DNA of 64,000 bases from Azolla caroliniana (GCA_043228905.1 JBHGNT010000011.1:7068001-7132000); one strand, 5' to 3'. Counted from the stretch's first letter, positions 49,114 through 61,818 are shown. Notes: generated by a model from the letters alone, not told the origin. A program made the numbers and translations.

Positions 49114-52100
49114 ATGAAGAAAGAATACCGAAAGGTAGAGAGTAAGTTACGGTCGGCATCAATAATAAAAGAAGATGAAGAAATCGTGGGGGTAGTCGAA
49201 GAAGTGTTCTATGGGAGCACGCTACAACGACTTGAAGAGATAATGGAGGGTAAAAACCAAGAAGACCAGGTAGTCCCGGTGGAATCCGTCGAGATGTACG
49301 AGATCATTGCGAAAATGGGGCCGGATGCGTTCTGCAAAGAAGAAGTAATGGTAAGTACGAAATACAAGATCGTGGAGAAGAAAGTGAAACCAGCCGTAGG
49401 ACCGCTACCCGCCGATAGCGAACAAAAGAGGAAAGAAGTCTCGGGAGATCCAACACTTCGAAACTCCGTGGATATCGGGCATGCCTTCTCGGAAGGTTTC
49501 CTCTCGCAAAAAGAAGAAGAACGGTTTCGTGAGATGCTGGAACAACATGGAAAAGCATTTGCATTCACATCGAAGGAGATAGGGTGTGTTGATCCGAAGA
49601 TAGTGGAGCCGATGGTGATCTTCATGATTGACCATGTGCCGTGGAGCCTAAAGCCGATTCCGGTGCCGCGGGCGCATATTCCGAAAGTCATCAACTTACT
49701 CAAGGAGAAGGTGGCGATGGGGATTCTAGAGCCATCAAACGCTCCGTACTCAAATCGATGGTTTACGGTTCCGAAGAAGAATGGGTCACTCCAATTTATC
49801 CAAGACTTGCAACCGGTGAACAAGGTCACGATCCGGAATTCCGGAGTCGGTCCGATAGTGGACGAATTTGCGGAAGCATTTGCCGGTCGCGCGATATACT
49901 CCATCGGAGACCTATACTCCGGATATGACCAATTCCAACTAGCCGTGGAGAGCCGAGACATCACTACCATGCGGACACCGATAGGATTAGTCCGGATGTG
50001 TATGCTACCACAAGGCGCGACGAACTCAGTCACACATATGATGAATTTGATGAACAAGGTGCTAGGGGATTGCATACCGGAGATAACGATGCCGTTCCTA
50101 GATGACATTCCGATGAAAGGGTGTGCGGTGGAAGAAAAAGATGAGGCTATGGATGAACGGGGATGCCGAAGGTTCATAGTCAACCATATCCGTGATTGTG
50201 GGAAAGTGTTACGGACGTTAGAAAATGCGCATATAACACTTTCTAGAGAGAAATCGGCATTTAGACAAGAAGAAATATTGGTAGTCGAACATCTATGTGG
50301 GCCCTACGGCCGAAGACCGTCACCAACCAAGATTGATGCGATTTAGGCTATGAAAGAAGTATGCGAGTCACAATCCGAAGTCCGAAGGTTTCTTGGAGCA
50401 TGTGCATTCTATCACATATGGATTCTGCACTACGCACATATTGCGGACCCGCTCTATCACTTGTTGCGAAAGGGGAAGAAGTTCAAATGGAAACTGGAAC
50501 ACACCGAAGCCATGAGGAAGCTCAAGAAAACACTACGCAGGGTTGAAGCTCTAAAGAAGCCGAACTATGACCGACCGGTTATAGTAACGGTTGATACAAG
50601 TCCAACCGGAATCGGATGGGTCATCAATCAACTCGACTCGGATGGTTCGCGATATCCGATCCGACTCGGAGCAAAGGTTCTCAACAAAAGTCAACGTGGG
50701 TATGCGCAAGTCAAAAGAGAATTATGGGGAGTCCTGTCGGCAATCAAATCGGATCGAGATTATTTGATCGGAGCCGAAGTAGTGATCGAAATGGATTGTC
50801 TTCCGATACTCAGGATGATGCGGTGTTGTACTATACCGGATGTGGCTATGCTAAGGTGGATTGCATATGTTAAGTCACTTAATCCAGAGGTAAGACACAT
50901 CTTCAGAAAAGACAACGTTGTAGCGGATATGCTATCATGGGCGTGGTTCGGAAATGACATAACCGAATCCGATAATGAAGAAGTTTCCGAAGACTACTTT
51001 GCTTCGGAGCACATATGCCAGATGGACATAATCCAAGAATTCCAGGAAGAAGAATACGAGGGAGAAAGCTTGTTGATCGGGAAAATGCTATGAGAAATCG
51101 AGGAATCATCGGACAATAAAGAGAAGAGAGTCGAGATCCGAAGTAAGAAACGGCAAGTCCGAAAGTTCTTCTTGAAAAATGGATTTTCATGGAGGGAGCC
51201 GAAAAGACCGGATGGCATACCACTTCGAGTAGTCAGGACAAAAGAGCAATGAAACCAGGTAATGTCCGAATTTCACGAATCTGATTGGGCTGGACATCAG
51301 GGAACATGGGCAACATTTGGGAAGATCAAGCAAAGATATTGGTGGAAGAATATGTACAAAGATGTCGTGAAGTTCACGGAAAGCTACGAGAAGTGTCAAA
51401 TCTACTCTGGAGTTCGACACCGAGATGAGTTACATCCGACATTCTCACCGACAATCAAATTCAAACGGATGGTCGACATTGTAGCCATGCCAACCGGGAT
51501 CGGACAAAAGAAGTACTTGGTGTTAGCTCGGGAAGATCTCACAAATCAAGTAGAAGGTCGGGCGTTACGAAGAAAAACGTGTTCTGCAGTATGTCAATTT
51601 CTTTTGGAAGAAGTGTTTTGCAGGTACGGGTGCGTAGGACAAGTGATTGCGGATCGGGGAGAACTTGACTCTGATAAAGCTAGGGGATTCTTCGCCAAAC
51701 ATGGAGTTCGGTTAACACTAACAACGACATACAATCCGGAAGCCAACGGGAAGGTCGAGCGAGGACATAGTCCGATCGTCAAAGCACTTGCAAATGCGTG
51801 CGAGGGAAGGGTGATGGATTGGCCACAGATGCTCATGTATGCACTATGGGCGGATGAGATGACGCATAGCTCTGTAACCGGTTATATGCCGGCAGAACTT
51901 ATGACCAGACAAGCACCAGTAATTCTGGCGGAAACCGCAATCGCGACATGGACAATGCTATCGTGGAAGGAAGAGATGAGCCGGGAAGAACTACTAGCGG
52001 TCCGGATACGACAACTGGAGGGAAGACCGGAAGATGTAGCGGAAGCGTCACGCCGACAACAAGAAGCGCGACTCTGGAACAAAAGCCGGTTCGACACCAA

Positions 52101-52548
52101 GCACCAACTACGACCACGGAAGATTGAAGAAGGAGATTGGGTGATTGTCTATAACAGTAGTTTGGATCATCAACATACAACGGTACGGAAGTTCGCAAAA
52201 AGGTTGTTCGGCCCATGTGAGGTTCGGAAAGTTTTCGACAACGAAACTTACCGACTAAGTGAGTTGGATGGAACGATACTACGAGTGCCTATAGCAGGGA
52301 AACGGGTGAAGATCTTCAAGAAGCGGACTAACAACGAAACTTATGTAGCCATAGACGAGACCGACAATGAGGAGCAACCGGACAAAGATCGCGGTGATGC
52401 GGATAACGAAGAAAGTGGACTTCAACTCGTAGTCGACATAAGGGAAGATTCGGAGAGCGATACGAATGGAGGCAAATATGGAACATCGGGAATTTTGGCA
52501 CATACCGGAGGATGTGCGGGTTTAGAGGGGGTCAGTGTCGTAGTGTAA
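49114..52548 (+). pseudogene. Gypsy pol (RT, RNase H, integrase) with in-frame stops
   Basis: DLYSGYDQ, LPQGATNS, FLDD (RT); VTVDTSPTGIG (RNase H); IADRGE, NPEANGKVER, FGPC (integrase). Confidence 0.92.
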
Positions 52549-54883
52549 TTTACACACTACGTGGAAATTGCATTTTGTCCATCCGGATAGAGAATGAAAT
52601 ATCCGGTGAGAACCGAACGAAGAGGAACCGGCAAGGAGGAATCGGCAAACCGGCAAGGAGGAATCGGCAAGGAAGAGCCGGATGAAGAAGACCAGTGAGA
52701 GTCTCTTACGGGATGAAGAGACACAACTGTAAATAAAAGAAACATTAACATTTTTGTTACAAAAATAGGGCAGGATTCAAACCCTGCACCTCCACGCAGA
52801 CAAACTCCAACCTTACCATTATACTAACTTATTCTAAGTGTTTCAAATATAGATTTAATACGTATAAAACCTTTAATTTCGCCTACCTTTATTAAAAGGT
52901 ATGTCATGCATTTTTAGAATGCGTGAAAACTTTATTTATATAAACACTAATAAAATTACGCATGCACATCTAGCGGGCATGAATGCTAAATTTAGGAAAT
53001 CGTAGTGGGAAAAGTAAAGCATGCAAATTTAGAGAGCATGAACACTTTAGAAAAGCAAGAAGCTATGCTTAGCCTCTTCCATCCTTATATAAGGAGGAGA
53101 GAAAGATGTATTAGGGTTGGTTATTTTTTTGGATTAAGTATTGATCAATATGAAAATTATTCGTAGGATTCACGATTTATGCATCTACTTCTTTCTTAAC
53201 AACCTAAGTACCAATTAATATAGTATACTCGTGTGATTCACGAGTTTCTTATCTTTCTCTTTGCTATCTACTCATAAATCTTTATCTCACGATCTCCTTT
53301 CTCCTAGTCCAGAACCCCAGCGGTTCCTACCCGACTCACGTAACGATCCAACGCCGAGAGGAATGACAACGCTCGTTGACATGTGCTCTAGCCTTCTTCT
53401 TTTTTATTGAATCATAGTAACCCACACAAAAATGTTCGACCGCACTAACCATTCGATCACCAGGGCTACGTGTAATATTTGTTTTAATCCTACAGAGAAA
53501 TAAAATCATGTTTTAGAGGTATGAATGTCAACATATATTAACAAGTATCATAATGATTAAAAACAAACTGTGACACACCAATGCATGTGTTCAGTGGCAT
53601 GACAACGTGACTTCAGAGCTGTTGTGACTGACAGTGATTGCCCCATGCTATGGAATATGATTATCCTCCACAAGGGGGCCAATGTCAGTTCGGAGAAATC
53701 CTTTACCATCTTCTCGATTTGGGGGTACTTGAAAGGCACATCATCATACGTTGATCCCCCAATTCGGAATCCATATGGTATGTCGGCTATCAGCAAAGTG
53801 TAGTGCCTTCTCGGTAACAGATTGAGCATTTGTGATACTTCCCTATGAAATACACTATAATGTACCTGTTTATAAGGATCAGACCTATGCAGAAAACTCT
53901 TCACAGTCTCCGAATCCTCAGGCAGTTCCATCTCTTTCCCTTTGGTTATTCTCTTCAAATACTTTGCACGTTCTAAGTGTGTGATAAAGGCAGCTGGAAT
54001 ACCATCATAATTGTCGTTGGTCTTTTTTTATTTCGATGGTTTCTGCAAGTGTCAATGTTGTTAGGAGAGAACATTAGCTTTCAATGTATTAACATTCAAA
54101 TGACACATACCCATTCTCTAAAAACAATAAAATATTCCTCCAATGCCTTGTAGGAAGAAGTTATCGGGCAGGCTTGCTCCACTTCTTCCCACGTTGGTAA
54201 CCTCAATTTTTGCATCATCAACTCCAGAATCTTCATGTATACCTTGTTACTATACAATATATATGAAATTAGAATTTAAAAATCAATAATAGTAGAAGAA
54301 TATCCTAAAACATTGTATACTATAAACCCTTACTTTTGCAATTCAGTAACCATCTCGTTCAAACGAAATTCCTTGGCAACAACTCGGGATAGCACCGATA
54401 TTAATAGCCTATCATCTTTAATATCCTGTAATGACCTCCAAGGTAAACGTTTCATGTCTTTTGCTAACTCCTCGATTACCAAGTCGCTTTTGCCCTTTAA
54501 CTTCGATTTGATCTCAACTTGTGGATCAATCCTTCCCTTCTTTGACCTTTGCCCTTTGACCTCTTTTCGCTCCCACATGCTCAATATTTTTTCCTGGAGA
54601 TCCCACACCTCTCCGGTCTGAAAGGCTAGTTGAAACCAGGAATCATATTTTCGTAGCCCTTCTGATTTTGTGCTCTCATCCACTGCACTCCCCACTTCCA
54701 GTAAACATTGGCGACGCAAACCAAGCCACAACTTTGGGCCAAAACGATTTAATGCATCTAGGTACTCATGATGAAAAAATCTGATCCTTTCAATGCATGA
54801 CCTCTTTTTTCTATAATCATTATCATTGTTATGGTCCCATGCTAGTAGCTTCGCCTCCTGGTGAGTGAGTCTTGCATATACTT

Positions 54884-57497
54884 TGTAAAAAGTAGCGTGC
54901 GGAAGCAAGTGTGAAGACCGAACAGAAGGAAGAAAACTCAGGTTTAATGGAGAGCTTGAGCTTACGCAGTATACGCGGGAGAGACAGAGAGAGAGTGGGA
55001 GAGAGAAAACACAAGAACTATATTCAACCTCTATTCTCAACTCTATACATATGTGTGTTCCATGAACACTTTTATACAAGTCCTCGAAGGACTGACCAAA
55101 GTACTGACTGTACTTCAATGCTCTTTAAGAGCTCCTACACTAACTCCCAAATATATTCCTCACGGAATATCTTTCCTAACGGCCTCCCGGTTTACGCACT
55201 CGGCCTAACCGATCGGTCCCAACCGATCCGGTCCTCGGCTTCTTTAGTTGATCCGGCCGATGTTGAGCTTGTCTCTCAACACTCCCCCTCAAGCTCAACT
55301 TGAGGCTCTTCGGGATCTTCGGGCTCACAGCTCCGGTTCCTCCGGGCTTCACGCCTCGCTCGCGCTCCTCGATCTGTTTGACTCCGCGCGGTTCGACCCT
55401 TCCGGTCGGCTTGTCTGCTCACGTGGCCCTTATCAGCTCTTCTGCAGTTGCGGTGTTGACGCTTCTCCTGTTGCCTTTTCTTCCGCTTGGGCCTCGGTTG
55501 ATTCAGCGTATCTGAATCAAACATCCGAACCGACTCGGCTACCTCCAATCGGTTTTCGCTCTCGTCCGAGTTGGTTGTCTCCAACTCGTCTTCGGTCTTC
55601 TCGCCCTCGATGGCGTCATCTTCCCCATGCATGGTTGGCTTCGGCCTTCTCCTTCGGCAGCTCCGCTTTTGTCCGCTTCCGGGCTTTTCTGCGGGTCCGC
55701 CCTCGGCTTCTTCAGCCGATCCGAAGTTGAACTCGACAACCGACTCGGTGTCGCGGTCTCTGCTCCTTTCCTGCTACCTTGCTTGGTCGTTCGGGACTGT
55801 TCTCCCCCTCAAGTTTGGCACGTCGAGGTGACACAATCCAAGCGCACCTGAGAATTGCCGCAACTTGTCCAGACCAAGAGGCTTTGTGAAGATGTCGGCA
55901 GTCTACCGATCCGTCGGAACGTACTCAAGTTCGACTTCACCGGAAAGGACACGCGCACGGATGAAATGGTAGTGCACCTCAATGTGCTTGGTCCGTGTGT
56001 GGAAAACGGGGTTTTTCGCGAGCTGGATGCTGCTGAGGTTGTCGCAGTAGATCGTCGTCGGATCTAACACCTCCTCTTGCAAGTCCTTAAGTAGCCATTT
56101 CAACCATATGGCTTCGCATGTCGCGACAACCGCTCCTCTGTACTCAGCTTCGGTGCTCGACAGTGCAACTGTCGACTGCTTCTTACTGCTCCATGTGATC
56201 GCGGCACTCCTGAGAGAGAACGCATATCCGAAGCCACAGAACCAGCACTCCACGATGGCCTTCCCTTGCCGGTTCTCATCGCTTCGACTCCCCTTGTTTC
56301 CGGAGGGTCCGGAGTTGCTGTCGGCATCACTTCGGTGCCTTCTTCCTTGATCTCGTTGGCCGCCTCCATTGCGCGCCGACTCGCCTCGTCCTCCACGTCC
56401 ACGGGGCCTATCTCCCTCCGTGTACAACATTCTATTGTCGGTGTGCGTGCTTGTAGATGCACCCGCGTGGTTCTCCTCTACCAGGAGCATTGACTGTAAG
56501 TCAAAATAGGACGACATATTCTCCCGGGTACACACAACAATTCGGAACGCTCCGAACTTCGATGCCAAACCTCCGAGACAGATCTGGACCATCTCGCTCT
56601 CCTCGATGTTCACCTCTGTGGAGGCGAGGGAGTCGCAGATATCATTGATCTTCGAGGTATAGTCTGCCACCGACAAGTCGCGTTGTCGTAGGTTGTTCAA
56701 CTCCTGTTGGAGCTTAAGCTTCCTGGCTATGGTGCTCGCGGCGAAAATCTTCTTCAGATTTTCCCACGCACCCTTCTTTGCATCCCGAACATAGCTCAAT
56801 AGCTGTTCGCCCACACACGACGCGAAGCAGTATAATACCCTGCTCGCCGATTGCTCCCACGACGGGAAGTCTCTATGTGTCGATTCGGGTGCCGCGTCAT
56901 TAGCTCCTTCGACATAACTCCAGTAGTCGTGCCCGAGCAGGTACTCGTGCATCTTGTAGGACCAAGACGCGTAGTTGGTTCTGTCGAGCTTCTCTGTTGG
57001 AAGCAAGCTCGCCATGCCTCTATCCATCGTTCTTCTTGTTCTTCTTCATCAAGCTGTGTCGGCTGTAGAGAGGTTCTCAACCCTCGCGCTCTAATACCAT
57101 GTAAAAAGTAGCGTGCGGAAGCAAGTGTGAAGACCGAACAGAAGGAAGAAAACTCAGGTTTAATGGAGAGCTTGAGCTTACGCAGTATACGCGGGAGAGA
57201 CAGAGAGAGAGTGAGAGAGAGAAAACACAAGAACTATATTCAACCTCTATTCTCGACTCTATACATATGTGTGTTCCATGAACACTTTTATACAAGTCCT
57301 TGAAGGACTGACCGAAGTACTGACCGTACTTCAATGCTCTTTAAGAGCTCCTACACTAACTCCCAAATATATTCCTCACGGAATATCTTTCCTAACGGCC
57401 TCCCGGTTTACGCACTCAGCCTAACCGATCGGTCCCAACCGATCTGGTCCTCAGCTTCTTCAGCTGATCAAGCCGATGTTGAGCTTGTCTCTCAACA
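54884..57497 (-). mobile_element. Internally deleted non-autonomous copia of the F family (2.6 kb)
   Basis: 398-bp LTRs at 57100-57497 and 54884-55281. TSD TACTT at 54879-54883 and 57498-57502. Gag is fused in frame to RNase H at ECWFCG/FGYAFSL. Confidence 0.94.
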
Positions 57498-58770
57498 TAC
57501 TTTACATTCGGCGTACTTAAAGAAGGGGGTGAGAGGGTATTCTTTTACAAGTTGTCTACGAGCTTCAACCGAATGCAATCCTCCAATTACATAATATGTA
57601 TAATCATCAACAAAGCTATACTTGAAGTCTACTACTGTTGGACATTGATCTTGATCGACCATTACTAAAAATGGCACGATAGTAGCATGAGGATTAATCT
57701 TCATTTTGCTCTTCAAGTTTTGCACATGGACAACGTGCAACTCTCTAATTTCTAGGGGAGGTCTTCTAGTCAAGGGATCAATTGGAGGTCCCTGGATTGA
57801 AGTAATTGGCAAATGAAACAGCTGCCCCTTATGCACAAGTTTTGTCTTAACAATATTTTCTCTTATTTTATTTTGTTCAGACGTCAATACACCGGAAGAT
57901 AGTTGACCTCCTGGAGCCACGACATCGAGTTGGTGTTCTTCTTCTTCCTCCACGAATTCTAAGACCTCTTCATCATCTTCGTCGGGTCGTGGTCATTTGT
58001 TGTATTTCTTATGAACCGGATTTGTCTTTCTAGACTTTTTTGGTGGAGTTTGTGCTTCACCGCCCATCATTTCTCCTGTCACATACGGCCGCAGTGCAAC
58101 TAATATGTTGTTCATCGTTTGAATGTCTTTACGTAATGACTTCGGGTTGCAACATTATACTACTAGCTTTCCCTCGTCAGGACGCAATCGTCTAGAGCCA
58201 ACAGAGATCGAGACATTGATTATAATACTCGAAGAATCACTATCTTCATATTCTAGCTTGGTTACATCTCCATAGTTAAATGTTTTTCCAAGCTCCAATT
58301 TGCCTTTACCATTTGACTTAGCTGTTATTAAGAGTAGCACACCATCTTCCTCGACATAAGAGAGACACCATTCTAACTCTAGGTAATTCTTATATTTATG
58401 TTCAGATGTTTTCTCTTCCTGGGCCCCACCCTTGCTATTTTTGGTCGTTGCAATAGAAGACTCAGATGCTCCATCCCCCGTTGAGTTAAATAGAGTTCTT
58501 CTAGAGACATCTTTGACAAAAGAGTCAGAATCTCGCTTTGTTGGAGTGTGAATCTTTAGTTTAAATGAAGGAACTTTTTGACGAGAGTCACTGAAATGAA
58601 GACAACATCCTATTTAGGTTAATTACAAACAAGACCATATTATTTGAACAAAAACGATGGAGAAAGCAGTAAAATAAAGAACAATTAAACACAAAACACA
58701 AAAAATAGTATCAAAATGATGACAAAACTATGATGAGGGACATAAATTTTCTATCTGCAAAACTCTATTT

Positions 58771-58930
58771 TTTCAACCAAAATCCGATGCATTGTGGAAG
58801 ATAGTCCTCCTTTCAACCAAAATCCGATGCAGTGCATCGGATTGTGGTTGAAAGCACTGCATTGGATTTTGGTGGAAGATAGTCCTCCTTTCAACCACAA
58901 TCCGATGCACTGCATCGGATTTTGGTTGAA
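58771..58930. repeat. Array of palindromes and half-sites
   Basis: TTTCAACCAAAATCCGATGCA-G-TGCATCGGATTGTGGTTGAAA at 58811-58853, its reverse complement at 58889-58930, and a half-site at 58771-58791. Confidence 0.9.
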
Positions 58931-59445
58931 TGCCTTGATTGTGACATGACTCCTCCTGAACCATCTAGTGAAGTTTAAGTGCATTTTAATTCGATGGTGT
59001 GTTTCCGTAACAAAATATTTGGGGATTATTGCTTATTGTGAAAAGGAATCTTTAAGGCATCTTTTAGAATCTTAAAAAATGTAAAGAATATTGCTAACTT
59101 GGCGATCTTCTTTCCCTTGTTCATGATGCCTGGCAGAGGTAGTGCTTCGGAGTGCTTGAAATTAGTCTATGCTCTGAGCTCGATGGATTCTTTGTCGCGA
59201 TAATGAAAATGAAAATTCAAACTTCATTATATATATATATGTTTTTTTTTAAATAAAAATTAATTTTTAATTAATTTTTTTGAAATTTCTCTTCCTAAAA
59301 AGTGTTATAGTGTAACCAATAACTCATGTCTAGTTCTAATAGTTATATAGTAAAGATTCAAAGTTCCTTAATCTTTTCTATAGAGGAGTTCGGTATATAG
59401 CCCTTTGATGGTAGTGCCACAAGGTATGTCTTGATAGTTTCGAGA

Positions 59446-61818
59446 ATGTCTTCTTCTACAAGTAGAACGTCAGTTTTTTCTATTGCCCCCTTTTTTTTGT
59501 CCAACAACTCGTATTTCTCAATAGAAGAGTACGATTACAAGAGACATTCGAAAGGCTCGCATAAAAAACAGAAAAGTGAGGCTCCTAGTACCTCGAATTC
59601 TCTTTTTTCAATTGATCTTGTTGATGACCCTCTTCATGTAAGCTTAGACGCGGAGTCCGTTACTTCAATAGATAACAGTAGTATTAGTAAACCACTTGTA
59701 CTTAAAAAAATCCCTCGACAAGTTAGTGAAAAGAGACTTAATTTTTTATGTTCTGATCGTCAACTTCTTTGCAACTTCAAAAAAACATGTTGTGCGAATC
59801 TCTACCTTTTAACTTGTGGAAAGTTGAGGTTACGTGAAACACGACAAAAATATTTGTCGCTTAATGGGGAAGAGCAGGACACATTTCTTCTTTCGCATAT
59901 GCAGCTTAAAATGGATCACTACGCAGGGTCTAATTCCACGCAGGTTGAATATTTCCTTGGACTATATACTAAGTGTTGTCGAGCCACTTTTAAAATCGCT
60001 CATATAGCATTGGAAATATGCGGCTGCAACGAGTTCAAGAGCGTCTTCTAAAGGGATCGTGGATACCGTTGGATCGAAATGGTTCTGGATGTAAGGGTCA
60101 AATTGGGCAACACGCAATTAGGTGGATGGAAGTATATTTTTCAAAACAGTGCGACATTATGCCTACGACAGGAAGACCACATTTGTCAGATAACTTTACT
60201 CGAAGGGAAGTTTACCAATCATACAGGGACGACATGTCAGTAGATGATGCACGTTACATAAAGCATAGAAATTTTAATCGATTGTGGAGGTTACAATTTA
60301 ACAATGTGGTTATCCCACGAAAGATACGAATGGGAGTCTGCTCAATATGTGCAAGTTTAAAAAGTATGGCCAAGGGTGGAAAATCACATGTAGAGATAAG
60401 GAATTACAAGAATCTATTAAAAGAACATCGTGAAAGTCAAGCATTGGAACGTTCTAAGGCTATGCATCACCGACAAAAAGTGCTTCAATCTCCCGAAAAG
60501 TATATCTGCATGATTATTGATGGCATGGATCAAAAGAAGACTTGTTTGCCGCATTTCCAACGACTCCCAAAAGATATTGCAGATGAGTGCCTCGTGCAAA
60601 TGCATCTAGTATGGTGTTTGACATATTGTCAAACAATAAGGCCACAAGTATTCTTAACCTATCCTAATATCCACAACGACCCTAATCTCACTGTCACCGT
60701 CATGCACAGAGTATTGCAATCATGGTCGGGCATAGTACCGCTAGTTCTATACGTGCAACTAGACAACACAGCAAGAGAGAATAAAAACTCAACTGTCTTC
60801 GGTTATCTAAGCATGCTAGTAGAGAGGGGCATATTTAAAAAGATAAAGGTCAACTTCTTATTAGTTGTTCATACCCATGATCACATAGATCAAATGTTTA
60901 GTAGATTCTCAAAGAAACTAGCTCGTTGTAATGCTTTCACGCTTACCACGCTATCAAAATTGATAAGTGAAGCATATACACCAAAGCCTGAAGTACATCA
61001 CTTGAAGGAAGTGTACGACTTTAAACGTTTCTGCATGGATGGTGATGGGACTAAATGTAGGGTGCTTGCACCTCTTAATAATATAAGTTTCAACCATGTC
61101 TTCCTCATAAAACAAACCTCGGCCCACGTCAAGATGACGGTGTTGTTTGCAAAACAATACTCATCTAGTACACAATGGGAGCCCCAAGAAGGTTGTAGGC
61201 TCCTACTTCATATCCCAGATGAACCACTGCATGGTGCACAGAAAATGCCATATGATGATCATAAAAATGTGGCACCCAATAGTTCTATTGATGAACAAAG
61301 GGCATATCGGTTGCGATGTCTTGAAGAGAAACAAAAGAATATTGATCGCACCGAGAAGTACGCCGGTGATGAGGATGTTGAATGGTGGGAGATCTTCTTC
61401 ACCTGTCAACGCACCATTTTAGATAATTACATTGCCGGATTTTGGCCAATCCATAACCCATTCACATGGAATATTGGGGTGCCATCAATGATATCGCCGA
61501 CTCATCATCAACCATTGAATAATATATAGAGCATCATAATTTAGTCCAACCACTGCAAAGAGATATTTACATGGGACCAAGAAAGTCACGTATTGTTGAG
61601 GCAAGATGGCAAGGTAATTTGCAAGAACTACAAGTTGGAATGTTGGTCGCAACATTAGCTGGGGGTGATAACTTGGGCCATCCATTTTGGATTGCAAAAA
61701 TTATTGAATTAGTGAAGGATGAAGAAGGCAATCAGACAAAGTCAATTGTGGTCCATTGGTATCAGACATCTTCACTTGATGCATTTACGGGAAAGTATTC
61801 TTTAGAGATGGTTAAGGA
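59446..61818 (+). pseudogene. DDD-type transposase-like gene (Sola-like / DUF7869-type), frameshifted and interrupted by an LTR
   Basis: Cys-rich N-terminus (CNFKKTCC, CDIMP, CSIC). Putative catalytic motifs IIDGMDQKK, QLDNTARENKN and HTHDHIDQMFS. C-terminal beta-barrel-like PFWIAKIIE...IVVHWY. Confidence 0.75.

Larger units (their letters stand above)
46106..53368 (+). mobile_element. Full-length Ty3/gypsy element H, tRNA-Trp primed (Phygy/Selgy-like by inference)
   Basis: LTRs 46106-46919 and 52536-53368. 4-bp TSD ACGC at 46102-46105 and 53369-53372. PBS TGGTGAACCCGAC 46924-46936. Domain order gag-PR-RT-RH-INT. Confidence 0.95.
45568..59124 (-). pseudogene. Spliced ParB-like / beta-class N6A-N4C DNA methyltransferase fusion gene, split by two LTR insertions
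   Basis: Inferred exons: 59124-59099; 58590-57503 + 54883-54334; 54249-54111; 54042-53579; 53489-53369 + 46101-45933; 45842-45568. Total 2832 nt (944 codons), all introns GT-AG. Motifs: YYVIGGLHSVEA, VYARLTHQEAKLLAWDHN, LLIADIPYG, HWIKTN, NPYQKPQRLINRLLELFSNPDDWVLDLFSST, TTTACALKMF*NCVALEKDP. Four internal stops. Confidence 0.85.

Noticed and set aside
49209-50183. 324-aa minus-strand ORF
   Set aside because: It is the antisense shadow of the gypsy RT and has no motifs of its own.
54330-55118. 262-aa ORF treated as a stand-alone gene
   Set aside because: It is chimeric: the N-terminal part is LTR sequence and only 54334-54883 belongs to the methyltransferase gene.
45568-59124. Bacterial contamination as the source of the methyltransferase
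   Set aside because: The gene has spliceosomal GT-AG introns and plant LTR insertions with TSDs, so it is resident in the plant nuclear genome.
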